DNA of 34,677 nucleotides from Candidatus Saccharibacteria bacterium UBA1788 (GCA_002315165.1 DCGC01000040.1:4679-39355); one strand, 5' to 3'; positions 6,393 through 15,789 are shown, numbered from the stretch's first letter. The notes: a model not told the origin generated them from the letters alone. Made by a program: numbers and translations.

Positions 6393-9300
6393 AGCAGAAA
6401 CAAAAAATGCTGATATCAACATTAACGGCTTTAGTCTTTAGTGTTATTGGAGTACTTGCCACCAGTCACAACACGTACGCCGCGCTCGCCTATACGGACG
6501 ATCAGCTTTATACGCTTTCAATTCTAAGTGGAGTAGAACAATGCTACCAAGCTGGCATTAAAGACAAAATACAGCTTTCAGAATTCGAAGATCTTACTAG
6601 TATTCTCAAACATCCAAACACAGAGATTAATATACCTACCCATATAGGTAACACGGTAACGAGGGGTGATATTAACGACCTCACCTGCAAACAAGCTATC
6701 AAAGGTTATAATGCTGGTGAATCTAAAAACTCAGCAAAAGGTTTTAATCAGCTAATTAAAAAGATCACCCATCCCGAAGACGCCGGTTACAAATTAACCA
6801 AGAAGACTGACTCAAGTAGTGATAGTAAAACAGAGAAAATTGCAATTTCCGACTATACTGGCAATACGAGCCGAAAAACGGTTAAGTTTAGTGGAAATGT
6901 AGAAATATCCAATGGCGGCACCAGTAGTGCGAATTCAGCAGGAGCAATAACAGCCACTTATAACTCGACCAAAATCGCCAGCGTAAGAGGCCAGCGCTCA
7001 ATAGTTACTTTTCATTGCGCAGAGAACAGTACCATCGGTAACGCATATAATGAAACCTTTGACATCACGTATCAAGGAGGCTACGATAACCTTAAGAGCA
7101 GGCTCTACGAATTTGCTACGGGATGTATCCATAGTAATTTTTCTAATCATTTTGGTAATGACTATAATGCGGTAGACGTGACAATTTCGGAAGCTAATAG
7201 TAATAGTAATGATTCTCAAGTCTCTAATTATACCCCAGGGGACAGTAACAGTATTACTGTCGCCACGATTGCGTTCGCAAAAAACAATATAGATGCTGAT
7301 GGCGCGTTGAGATGCACCAAGGACGGTGACCCGGCAACAACAACTAGCTGTCGCTTTGGTGTCAGCTCTAAGTATGCCCTATATTATCGCTATGTTCAGC
7401 AAAACGGGAACCTAACTATCCAGGAATGTAGTGAAACCAAAAACGCTAATGCCACCTACTCGCTTAAGAACGCAATAAACCAGTGGTGCGTTGTCGCTAT
7501 TGGTGACCAATATGTACTCGACGAATCTTACTCTATTGTTAATAGGAGTGGTCGCCTAGAAAGCGGAACTATGACCGACGTACTTGAATGGTTAAATAAC
7601 GAGGAATCCTATGAGTATCTTAAAGAAGCTGACTATGCGGAGTCGACGATCAGCGACAATGGTACTATTAAGGGTACTATTAGTTTGGACGAGCAAAAAG
7701 AAGCTTGTTACGACGGGGCTGGCACTTTCGGATGGCTCCTTTGCCCAGCAATCCAAGCCACCTCAGGCCTCGCCAGCGATATTTATGGCATGATAGAAAG
7801 GGATTATCTTAAAATCGATACGAGTTCGCTGTTTGACCTTAATGGTGCTAATGGCGGGGTAGCTTATAATGCATGGGATACTGTCCGCAATATCGCCAAT
7901 ATTGTCTTTGCGATATTCATCCTAGTGATTATATTCTCGCAGCTTACTGGCGTCGGAATCGATAACTACGGTATAAAACGCGTACTTCCTCGCATCATTA
8001 TTGCTGCTATCCTCGTTAACGCTAGCTGGTTTATCTGCCGCATCGCAATAGACTTAAGCAACGTAGTTGGCCTTAGCCTTGGCGATATTATCAACCCAGG
8101 AGTAATCGAAATAGATGCGTCCGTAGCCGATATGGCGGCAGACAAACTCTCTGTATATTCTAGTTATGTTGTTACCTTTGGTGGAGCAAGCGCGATTGGT
8201 CTCATAGCTTTGTTTATTAACCCAGGCTTAATTCTTTCTGTTTTGCTTGCACTCTTGGTAGTAGTTTTTGCCGTGATTTTCTTCTGGCTCATCCTTGTCG
8301 CTCGCGAAGTTGTTGTTGTTCTTCTTATCATTCTCGCTCCGCTCGCCTTTGTTTGCTTCCTCTTCCCAAACACCGAGAAGCTATTTAAGCGCTGGCTTAA
8401 AATTGCCGAAGCCGCAATCATTCTTTATCCACTTTGTACGCTTGTTGTTAGCGGTGGTCGACTTGTCGGGGCAATCATGGCCGAACAAGCAAACGCATAT
8501 ACTGCCAGTATTATTTCCACGTTTGGTTTTCTAGAAAAAGGCAAAGGCATGCGCCTCGCCGCTATGCTTGTCCAAGTTATTCCATACTTCTTTATTCCTA
8601 TGCTACTTAAAAATTCAATGGCCGGACTTGGCAACCTTGGCGCTAAAATTTCCGGTCTTGGCAGCCGCCTCGGACGCGGACTCTCCGGGAGCATCAGAAA
8701 GTCTGATGGTTTTCAGAACGCGCAAGAACGTTCACTTGAGCGTAAAAACCGTATTAGGGCAGGCTTGGACAAAGACGGCAATATTGCAACCGGAAAACGC
8801 GCTAGGTTTGCACAAATCGCAGCTGGTGGCATAAGTAAACGCACTGTGGCTAAATCTAGAAACGCTTATCTAAAAACCCAGGATGAAAAATATAAATATG
8901 GACTTTTGGATGACCAAGACCACTTAGACGCAGCGAGAATCTCTCAAGAAAAAGCAGCCCAAAAGGCAGCTATGGCCGATCAGATGGTGCTTGTTAATGA
9001 TGCTACTAGAAACGGCGAGGTCGAAGAGGGAGATAATGGGTTATTCGCTATGTATGATGAAGCTATGAACTCAGGCAATACTACTCGTGCTAGGGCTATT
9101 GCGGAAATCGCAGGCCGTCGTAAAGATACCGCAGCTCATTTCTTGGAACACCATGACGAATTTGTTGCTAGCGACAAATTTACTGGCGACAAAGGAATTA
9201 CTGCTGATGTAATGAAGCAAATTGCTACTGGTGATGGTGCGAAAAACTTCCGTGCCGCCGATGGCGTTCGCTTTGAGTATGCTTCTCAATACAACAAGGG

Positions 9301-9676
9301 AGCTACGGAGGCATCTTTCGAAGAGTGGCGACAGAGCGGCGATAATGTAAGTACTGCTATTGAGCACAATATTACTAGTGGTGCTGAACTATATGGTCAA
9401 AAGAATAGTAGTATCGGTAAGCTCGCAGAAGATGTGGCTGCTGGCAAAGTATCAGAGACACAGCTTAGGCAGCTTAGAAGGTCTATTGATAGTACGAAAA
9501 GCGAACAATTCCAAGCAATGCACGGAGATGCGACTAAAGATGTTAACGTTGGTAAACTCGACAGTGCTGTACGTGAGCAGATTGCTAAGATTGATGCCGA
9601 GAGGGCCAGGCAAAACGAAGCGGCAGCTCGGAGCACCGAAGAATATTGGAAAGATCAAGGAATGTTTGATACCTAG
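6389..9676 (+). CDS. Large membrane protein, VirB6/TrbL-like core (CPR type) with Cys-containing extracellular N-terminal domain
   Basis: 1095 aa; signal peptide; central multi-TM block (WDTVRNIANIVFAIFILVIIFSQLTG...KRVLPRIIIAAILVN...ILAPLAFVCFLFPNTEKLFKRW) typical of VirB6-like proteins recalled from Patescibacteria; charged helical tail. Confidence 0.7.
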   Translation: MKQKQKMLISTLTALVFSVIGVLATSHNTYAALAYTDDQLYTLSILSGVEQCYQAGIKDKIQLSEFEDLTSILKHPNTEINIPTHIGNTVTRGDINDLTCKQAIKGYNAGESKNSAKGFNQLIKKITHPEDAGYKLTKKTDSSSDSKTEKIAISDYTGNTSRKTVKFSGNVEISNGGTSSANSAGAITATYNSTKIASVRGQRSIVTFHCAENSTIGNAYNETFDITYQGGYDNLKSRLYEFATGCIHSNFSNHFGNDYNAVDVTISEANSNSNDSQVSNYTPGDSNSITVATIAFAKNNIDADGALRCTKDGDPATTTSCRFGVSSKYALYYRYVQQNGNLTIQECSETKNANATYSLKNAINQWCVVAIGDQYVLDESYSIVNRSGRLESGTMTDVLEWLNNEESYEYLKEADYAESTISDNGTIKGTISLDEQKEACYDGAGTFGWLLCPAIQATSGLASDIYGMIERDYLKIDTSSLFDLNGANGGVAYNAWDTVRNIANIVFAIFILVIIFSQLTGVGIDNYGIKRVLPRIIIAAILVNASWFICRIAIDLSNVVGLSLGDIINPGVIEIDASVADMAADKLSVYSSYVVTFGGASAIGLIALFINPGLILSVLLALLVVVFAVIFFWLILVAREVVVVLLIILAPLAFVCFLFPNTEKLFKRWLKIAEAAIILYPLCTLVVSGGRLVGAIMAEQANAYTASIISTFGFLEKGKGMRLAAMLVQVIPYFFIPMLLKNSMAGLGNLGAKISGLGSRLGRGLSGSIRKSDGFQNAQERSLERKNRIRAGLDKDGNIATGKRARFAQIAAGGISKRTVAKSRNAYLKTQDEKYKYGLLDDQDHLDAARISQEKAAQKAAMADQMVLVNDATRNGEVEEGDNGLFAMYDEAMNSGNTTRARAIAEIAGRRKDTAAHFLEHHDEFVASDKFTGDKGITADVMKQIATGDGAKNFRAADGVRFEYASQYNKGATEASFEEWRQSGDNVSTAIEHNITSGAELYGQKNSSIGKLAEDVAAGKVSETQLRQLRRSIDSTKSEQFQAMHGDATKDVNVGKLDSAVREQIAKIDAERARQNEAAARSTEEYWKDQGMFDT

Positions 9677-9679
9677 CAT

Positions 9680-9706
9680 AAAACTCCCCCATATGGGGGA
9701 GTTTTT
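9680..9706. terminator. Bidirectional intrinsic terminator
   Basis: AAAACTCCCCC-ATAT-GGGGGAGTTTTT between convergent genes. Confidence 0.9.
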
Positions 9707-9718
9707 GCTGTAAAGAAA

Positions 9719-10519
9719 TTATTTTTTAGAATTTGCCGCGTTCAATACGTTCTCAAATAATACCGAAACCGTCAGCGGCCCCACTCCGCCAATTTTGGGC
9801 GTTATTGCTGCTAAGTCGTTGCGCTCGCGAATCTCGTCATTTATATCTCCGACTAGAATTCCGTTCTCGCTTGCCGTCCCAGCATCCACCACGACAGCCC
9901 CACTACGAACCATCTCGTTAGTAATCAAATGCGGATTACCCGTAGCCGTAATAATTACGTCAAAGTTCTTCAGCTCGCTAAAGTCACTCCCCCGATGGAA
10001 CACTTCAACGTTGAGCTCGGAGTTTGTAAACATCTTGATGAGTGGCGCCCCGACCAATCTTCCTCGCCCAACAATGGCGATTTTCTTATCTTCCAGTTCA
10101 ACCCCATACCCAGCAAGCAACCAATTTATAGCCGTCGCTGTTGCACTGTCATATTTTCCATTGCCGGACAAGCCGTCAACATCTTTTTCTGGAGCAATCA
10201 GTTTTACGACTTCGTCAGTGTTATCAGTATTCTTTAGTGGTAATTGCACAATAATGCCAGAAATGCTATCATCTGCGTTGCCTCGCAGAATCGCTTCCTT
10301 GATTTTTTCTTCCCCCTCAGCAAAGCAGTCTTCGACGACGACTCCGATATCTTCACCATATTGGCATTTCAAATTAACGTATTTAGTTATGACCGGATTA
10401 TCGCTGTCGCGAATGATTAATAATTTTGCCGGCTTTTTCCTAGCCCTTAAGCCGCCAGCTAAGCAGCGTTGGCGCTCTTTAATATATCCGGCCAATTCTT
10501 TTCCATTTAAACTCTTCAT
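9719..10519 (-). CDS. folD: Methylenetetrahydrofolate dehydrogenase/cyclohydrolase
   Basis: GIIVQLPL, PEKDVDG, IVGRGRLVGAP, TPKIGGVGPLTV motifs. Confidence 0.95.
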   Translation of the reverse strand: MKSLNGKELAGYIKERQRCLAGGLRARKKPAKLLIIRDSDNPVITKYVNLKCQYGEDIGVVVEDCFAEGEEKIKEAILRGNADDSISGIIVQLPLKNTDNTDEVVKLIAPEKDVDGLSGNGKYDSATATAINWLLAGYGVELEDKKIAIVGRGRLVGAPLIKMFTNSELNVEVFHRGSDFSELKNFDVIITATGNPHLITNEMVRSGAVVVDAGTASENGILVGDINDEIRERNDLAAITPKIGGVGPLTVSVLFENVLNAANSKK

Positions 10520-11538
10520 TATTTTATCTCCACCGGCTCTTGCTCTAGCTCGACATTAAATCTATCTCTTATGATTTTTCTAATTTCTTCTCGTGCCGCC
10601 GCCAAATCGCTATAACTTTTTGCTGATTCGTTCATTAGCACTAGCGCCGCCTTGTCATTAACGGTCATTCCATGAAAGGTTTTTCCTTTAAGTCCGGCTT
10701 CTTCGATTAGCCACCCAGAATTTACTTTATTGCCAGCTTCGCTTTGCCAGATTCTTGCACCCATAGCCTCCAACTCCGCGGCTTTTTTATCGTCAACATA
10801 AATATTTTTAAAGAAACTACCCGAACTTGCAATTTCTTGTGGATCAGGTAATTTTTCTGCGCGAATCAAAGATACTATTTTACGAATATTGCTTGGAGAA
10901 AAATCGGTTACGTTGTTTTTGTCGATATAATTTTGTAGCGACGTATAAAACGGCGGCTCTAGAGTTTTGTTTTTAGAAACTCTAACAGTCACAGCAATAA
11001 TAAAATAACGGCCCTTATCTTCTCCATAGTTAAAAATTGATTTACGATAATCGAAATTCATTTCTGATTTTGGGATAGTCACTATTTTATTGGTCAACGA
11101 ATCGAAAGCTTCGACGTTCTCTAATACTTGCGCAATATCTTGCCCATATGCACCGATATTTTGAACCGGAGCCGCCCCTAAACTACCAGGAATTTTAGAC
11201 AATGCCTCAATCCCAGACAAATCTCGCTTAGTTGTAAATTCCACAAAATCATCCCAAACTTCTCCGCCCATTCCGCGCACAAAAGTTTCGGTCTCGGTCT
11301 CTCCAATAATTTCAATCCCGCGCAGTTTGTTTAGAAGAATCACTCCATCAAAACCTTCATCAAGCCCAATTGAATTTGCCCCACCGCCCAAAATGAAAGT
11401 TTTTAGGCCTTTTTCCTTTGCAAAATTATAGGCAGAAATTATATCCTCGACTGCTGATATTTCTATAGTATATTTCGCGGCTCCACCCAATCGCATCGTG
11501 GTTAGATTAGAGATTAAAACATCTTCAAGTATTTTCAT
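10519..11538 (-). CDS. murB: UDP-N-acetylenolpyruvoylglucosamine reductase
   Basis: TTMRLGG, LGGGAN, IPGSLGAAPVQNIGAYG, YRKSIF, SGSFFKN, LEQEP motifs. Confidence 0.96.
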   Translation of the reverse strand: MKILEDVLISNLTTMRLGGAAKYTIEISAVEDIISAYNFAKEKGLKTFILGGGANSIGLDEGFDGVILLNKLRGIEIIGETETETFVRGMGGEVWDDFVEFTTKRDLSGIEALSKIPGSLGAAPVQNIGAYGQDIAQVLENVEAFDSLTNKIVTIPKSEMNFDYRKSIFNYGEDKGRYFIIAVTVRVSKNKTLEPPFYTSLQNYIDKNNVTDFSPSNIRKIVSLIRAEKLPDPQEIASSGSFFKNIYVDDKKAAELEAMGARIWQSEAGNKVNSGWLIEEAGLKGKTFHGMTVNDKAALVLMNESAKSYSDLAAAREEIRKIIRDRFNVELEQEPVEIK

Positions 11539-11543
11539 ATTCC

Positions 11544-11569
11544 AATTATACCATTTTTATGGTATAATT
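11544..11569. promoter_or_regulatory. Palindromic back-to-back extended -10 promoters (murB / tRNA-Lys)
   Basis: AATTATACCAT-TTTT-ATGGTATAATT; TGgTATAAT on both strands. Confidence 0.8.
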
Positions 11570-11576
11570 CGTAAAG

Positions 11577-11680
11577 AATTCGGTCCGGTAGCTCAGTTGG
11601 CTTGTCCGAGGCGTTAGCCGAGTGGATCATAGTCAGCACGAGCTCTCGTGCATTACAATTCGGTCCGGTAGCTCAGTTGG
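11577..11680 (+). repeat. 24-bp direct repeat duplicating the 5' end of tRNA-Lys
   Basis: AATTCGGTCCGGTAGCTCAGTTGG at 11577-11600 and 11657-11680. Confidence 0.95.
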
Positions 11681-11738
11681 TTAGAGCACGAGCCTCTTAA
11701 GCTTGGTGTCGTGGGTTCGAGCCCCACCCGGATCACCA
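11662..11738 (+). tRNA. tRNA-Lys(CTT)
   Basis: GGTCCGG/CCGGATC acceptor, CGAGC-CTCTTAA-GCTTG anticodon arm, GGTTCGAGCC, ACCA end. Confidence 0.96.
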
Positions 11739-11748
11739 TAACTCCATT

Positions 11749-11770
11749 AGAGCCAAGCGGCTCTTTTTTT
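11749..11770 (+). terminator. Intrinsic terminator after tRNA-Lys
   Basis: AGAGCC-AAGC-GGCTCT then T-run. Confidence 0.85.
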
Positions 11771-11775
11771 ATTAC

Positions 11776-11808
11776 TTTCAGTTTAATTTCAGCTCTAGTC
11801 TCTATACT
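11776..11808 (+). promoter_or_regulatory. Putative response-regulator-activated promoter (direct repeat + -10)
   Basis: TTTCAG-N5-TTTCAG-N10-TATACT. Confidence 0.65.
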
Positions 11809-11834
11809 ATAAGCTATAATATAGGGAGAATATT

Positions 11835-12494
11835 ATGAAAGTTTTATACGTAGAAGACGCTCAATTTCTAGCTACGGCCGTCAAATCAAATTTAGAAAAA
11901 CAGGGAATCTCGACCGACCTTGCTTTTGATGGGCGTGACGGCCTAGATAAGGCTCTCAAAAACATTTATGACTGTGTTATTCTTGACATCATGCTCCCAA
12001 AAATGTCTGGCACCGACATTCTTAAACGTATGCGCGCCAAAAACGTCACGACTCCAGTTATCATGCTTTCCGCTCTCCACGAAGTGGAATCAAAAGTTGC
12101 CAATCTAGATAATGGCGCCGATGATTATCTTGCTAAACCATTCAAGACCGTCGAATTGGTCGCCCGCATTAAAGCTCTTTTGCGTCGCCCTCCAGTCAAA
12201 AAATATTCAAAACTCGTTTTTAGCGATTTAACCTTTGACGAAACATCAATGACTCTCAACGGTGAACAATTAACTGCCAAAGAAAGTAAAATCATCGTTG
12301 AGCTTTTGCGCACCCCAGAAGCCATTGTTAATAAAGAATATTTGCTCGCTAAAGTTTGGGGTGACGATGGGGCTGGTGAAGCCAACTATATCGAAACTTA
12401 CGTTTCGCGCATCCGTAAAATACTTAAAAAAGTTAAAAGCAACGTAAATATCAAAGCAGTCCGAGGCCTAGGATATAAAATAACGGAAAAATAG
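11835..12494 (+). CDS. OmpR/PhoB-family response regulator
   Basis: VED, LDIMLP phospho-acceptor, GADDYLAKPF, winged-helix end VRGLGYK. Confidence 0.96.
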   Translation: MKVLYVEDAQFLATAVKSNLEKQGISTDLAFDGRDGLDKALKNIYDCVILDIMLPKMSGTDILKRMRAKNVTTPVIMLSALHEVESKVANLDNGADDYLAKPFKTVELVARIKALLRRPPVKKYSKLVFSDLTFDETSMTLNGEQLTAKESKIIVELLRTPEAIVNKEYLLAKVWGDDGAGEANYIETYVSRIRKILKKVKSNVNIKAVRGLGYKITEK

Positions 12495-12495
12495 A

Positions 12496-13434
12496 ATGTT
12501 CAAAAAACTCCAAAATAGAATTATTCTCATCACTATGACCATCACTAGCGTGGTATTACTCCTTGCTGATTTTAGTATTGCACTATCAATGTCTATCGCT
12601 CGACCCGAACCAACTCCTGAATTTGGAGCGGAAACTTTTCTTGGGCAGGGCGAAAATATTCGCGCTGAACTTTCTTATCATATCCAGCTCGATCGCAAAG
12701 AGGGGAACGACCGACTTTATGCGTCTTTAATCATTGTTAATATCGCAATCGAATTAATCGTCTTCTTGCTAGTTCGTAATCTATCTGGAAAAGTTATCGA
12801 GCCAGTCAAAGATTCTTATGACAAACAAAAGACCTTTATCGCCAATGCTTCGCATGAATTAAAAACTCCGCTTGCCGTAATCCAGGCTAATGTCGAAGCG
12901 CTAGAAGTTGATAATAGCAATCAACAATGGAAAAACAATATTGAAACCGAAATCGACCATGCTAGTCGGCTCGTCTCCGACCTATTGAACTTAGCCAAAA
13001 TGGATGCCGGAACGACCGAAAAAAATAAACCAACAAAATTTGATCTTAATCTAGAATTAAAAAATCATATAGAAATTTTTAAACCAAAATTTGCTGGCCA
13101 AATTATCTTCAAGCCAAGTAGGCAGCGTGAATATTTTTTACCAAAACAAAATTTTATGCAAATCGTTGATATTTTATTAGACAATGCGACTAAATATGGC
13201 GATAAAAAAATTAACGTCATTCTTACGGAAAATAGTCTAACCATAAAAAATGACGGAACAACCATTGATAAAAATGATATCTCTAAAATTTTTGACCGTT
13301 TCTATCAAGCCGATAAAACAAAAGAAGGTTCCGGTCTTGGTTTAGCAATTGCAAAATCACTTTGTGACATAAATGGCTGGCAAATTTCTTGCGAAGCTGC
13401 CAGCCATTCTAGCAAATTTATTATTAATTTCTAG
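12496..13434 (+). CDS. Sensor histidine kinase (2 TM, short external loop)
   Basis: H-box FIANASHELKTPL, N-box LLDNATKY, FDRFYQ, GSGLGLAIA. Confidence 0.96.
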   Translation: MFKKLQNRIILITMTITSVVLLLADFSIALSMSIARPEPTPEFGAETFLGQGENIRAELSYHIQLDRKEGNDRLYASLIIVNIAIELIVFLLVRNLSGKVIEPVKDSYDKQKTFIANASHELKTPLAVIQANVEALEVDNSNQQWKNNIETEIDHASRLVSDLLNLAKMDAGTTEKNKPTKFDLNLELKNHIEIFKPKFAGQIIFKPSRQREYFLPKQNFMQIVDILLDNATKYGDKKINVILTENSLTIKNDGTTIDKNDISKIFDRFYQADKTKEGSGLGLAIAKSLCDINGWQISCEAASHSSKFIINF

Positions 13435-14105
13435 GCGGATTCTAATTTCCCTCGCGACAATCTTAGAACTTTGTCTGCATGACTTGCGACTTGGCGAGAG
13501 TGAGTTACGATAATTACGATTTTATTTTCCTTGTGTGCAAGATCTTGAAAAATTTTGATAATCTTTTCCTCAGTGTCCTCGTCTAGATTCCCAGTCGGTT
13601 CGTCTCCTACGATAATCGGCGTGTCGCTAGCTAAAGCTCTAGCAATAGCAACTCTCTGCTGCTGCCCGCCAGATAATTTATTGACAAGCCTTTTTGAAGT
13701 TGATTCGTCCAACCCTACTTTTTCAAGATATTTTAGCGCTGTATTTTTTTGTGTCGATTCCTTAGTGCCTTCCTTTGCGAAATCGATAGCAACCTGCACA
13801 TTTTCTTCAGCTGTCATATATTTAATCAAATTAAAAGACTGGAAAATCACGTTCACATAATGCAGCCGAAATTCATTTAAACCTATATCTTTAATTGACT
13901 TATCGTTATAACTGATATCACCATCTTGAATTTGGTCGAGCGCCGAAAGCAGTGAGAGTAAGGTTGTTTTTCCAGACCCGGACTCTCCCTTAATGGCGTA
14001 AAACTTTCCAGTCTTAAACGTCGCATTGATATTTTTTAATACGTGTACTGGCTCGGCTTGATTCGTGTAAGTAAAATTCAATTTTTCAATTTTTAGTTCG
14101 CCCAT
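13431..14105 (-). CDS. ABC transporter ATP-binding protein (LolD/MacB family)
   Basis: GESGSGKTT, LSGGQQQRVAIARAL, DEPTGNLD, VTH. Confidence 0.96.
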   Translation of the reverse strand: MGELKIEKLNFTYTNQAEPVHVLKNINATFKTGKFYAIKGESGSGKTTLLSLLSALDQIQDGDISYNDKSIKDIGLNEFRLHYVNVIFQSFNLIKYMTAEENVQVAIDFAKEGTKESTQKNTALKYLEKVGLDESTSKRLVNKLSGGQQQRVAIARALASDTPIIVGDEPTGNLDEDTEEKIIKIFQDLAHKENKIVIIVTHSRQVASHADKVLRLSRGKLESA

Positions 14106-14106
14106 A

Positions 14107-15579
14107 TTATTCCTTTCCTTGTAAAATTTCTTTTGGTTGATATCTTAGTACATTCATTGACGGTATTAACAATGCGAACAATATTACCGAATATCCGCAC
14201 ACGAACAATAGAACGAAATCCGAGAATTTTGCATTAATATCAATTTCGTCAACAACCTCAACGTCGTTATTTTTATTTAACGGCGAATTAGGAATTTCTG
14301 ATACCCCACCATCATTTGGGCCACCGCCAAAATTCATACCCATTCCGTCTGCAGTTGTCGGTCTTCCGAAATTATTCTGGACCTCAGTTTCTGCTGAGGC
14401 AATTTGCGATTCCAAAATACCTTGTCCCATCGCTTTTGCTAAAATCGTTGATGTCCCGCAACCTAACAAAAACGCAACCGTACCAACCAATGCAAGTTCA
14501 GCGAAAATTTGCCCAATAATATTTTTCTTTTTTGCGCCAAGGCTCAACAATACACCCATTTCGTATCTACGGTCTTTGACGTTAATCGTCACAATAAGAG
14601 TTACAATCGCGACGGATGCAATCAACACAATCACTAAAATCGTTGTCGCAAAACTCCCAACACTTTCTATTGGCCCAACCATTTGGTCGTAGGCCGAAGT
14701 ATCTTCCGAAGCGACAATATTTTCTTCTGCTAGCTCTGGATAATTATTCTCAATTTCAGCTAAAAACGCCTCTGCATTTTCTGCCGTAGTTAATTCATAT
14801 TTTACGTTTTCAACTCCGTAATCGCCATCATTATAATCATCGCTACTTAAAAACTTTGCCGCTTCCGTCACGTTCATATAAATCGTATTTGCGTTTGCGT
14901 TGTTTTCGGAAACATCATAAATTCCAATAATTTCGAGTTCAACTTCGTCGTCGGTATAAATATTTGTAAATGCGATTTTGTCGCCAACGCTTAGTTCATT
15001 TTCTTCGGCCAGGTCAACCGAAACGATAGCTTTGCCTTCGCTACTCTCGTCAAAATATTCGCCGTCCGTAATTTCCATCGTTCCATTTTTCACACCAGAA
15101 ATAAAAGCGTACGAGTTAATGCCACTAATTTCAAAATCTCCAGATTCCTCAGCGCCGCCGAACGCCCCCATGTCAGGAAAATTATTTGACATACTAGAAC
15201 TGCTATTTTCAACTGCCGAAATAGAATCAGAATCTGCTTTGCTAGTTATGCTATAAGTATAATCTTTAACGTAATCCGACCCAGCAATTTTATCGGCAAT
15301 AGCTTTAGAAACGGTCGGACGCGTAAACTCTATTTTTTCACCACTTTGCGGAGCCTCGGCTTTCATTTCTTCGCGCAACGTGCCCATGTCCGCCGACAAA
15401 GTCACAGTTCCTCCAAGCGACGCTTTTGCATACTCGGTCGATTCGTTAACGGCTGATTTTATGATAATAGAAGCTAATACTAAATTGCTCATTGCAAACA
15501 ATATCAAGCCAATAATTATTGAACGGCTAGGTTTCCTTATCACCGAAAGCCACGCTCGCTTTAACATATTTTTAAACAT
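14107..15579 (-). CDS. ABC transporter permease (MacB/FtsX family)
   Basis: Start revised to ATG 15579 (AGAAAGGT SD); 1 TM + large acidic external domain + 3 TM; RRYEMGVLLSLGA motif. Confidence 0.92.
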   Translation of the reverse strand: MFKNMLKRAWLSVIRKPSRSIIIGLILFAMSNLVLASIIIKSAVNESTEYAKASLGGTVTLSADMGTLREEMKAEAPQSGEKIEFTRPTVSKAIADKIAGSDYVKDYTYSITSKADSDSISAVENSSSSMSNNFPDMGAFGGAEESGDFEISGINSYAFISGVKNGTMEITDGEYFDESSEGKAIVSVDLAEENELSVGDKIAFTNIYTDDEVELEIIGIYDVSENNANANTIYMNVTEAAKFLSSDDYNDGDYGVENVKYELTTAENAEAFLAEIENNYPELAEENIVASEDTSAYDQMVGPIESVGSFATTILVIVLIASVAIVTLIVTINVKDRRYEMGVLLSLGAKKKNIIGQIFAELALVGTVAFLLGCGTSTILAKAMGQGILESQIASAETEVQNNFGRPTTADGMGMNFGGGPNDGGVSEIPNSPLNKNNDVEVVDEIDINAKFSDFVLLFVCGYSVILFALLIPSMNVLRYQPKEILQGKE

Positions 15580-15600
15580 AGTTACCTTTCTTTTTTTATC

Positions 15601-15633
15601 ATTGTATTTTTTAAAGCTAAAAAACAGCTGAAA
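15601..15633 (-). promoter_or_regulatory. Putative response-regulator-activated promoter of the ABC operon
   Basis: Minus strand TTTCAG-N5-TTTTAG-N10-TACAAT, same spacing as 11776-11808. Confidence 0.65.
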
Positions 15634-15690
15634 AATCCTCGCATCCGACAAATCGACTAGCTCCTTGCTTTATGCTATAATTGCAGATAT

Positions 15691-15767
15691 GCACCCGTAG
15701 CTCAGTGGATTAGAGCATCTGTCTTCGGAACAGAGGGTCGTGGGTTCGAGTCCCTCCGGGTGTACCA
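15691..15767 (+). tRNA. tRNA-Arg(TCG)
   Basis: TCTGT-CTTCGGA-ACAGA anticodon arm, A20 in D-loop, ACCA end; TGcTATAAT upstream at 15673-15681. Confidence 0.95.
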
Positions 15768-15789
15768 ATTCTAAATAAGGTTATGATTT

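Noticed and set aside
9795-10559. 254-aa plus-strand ORF (and 30911-31579, 20620-21093, 21528-22004)
   Set aside because: Antisense shadows of folD, gpmI, nusA and rnj with no motifs or expression signals.
11577-11680. CRISPR mini-array
   Set aside because: Only two copies, the repeat is the tRNA 5' end, and there are no cas genes.
15580-15651. ORF-track N-terminal extension of the ABC permease (similarly aguB 26017 and radA 33089)
   Set aside because: The extensions run through promoter/SD sequence or the upstream gene; downstream ATGs have proper signals.
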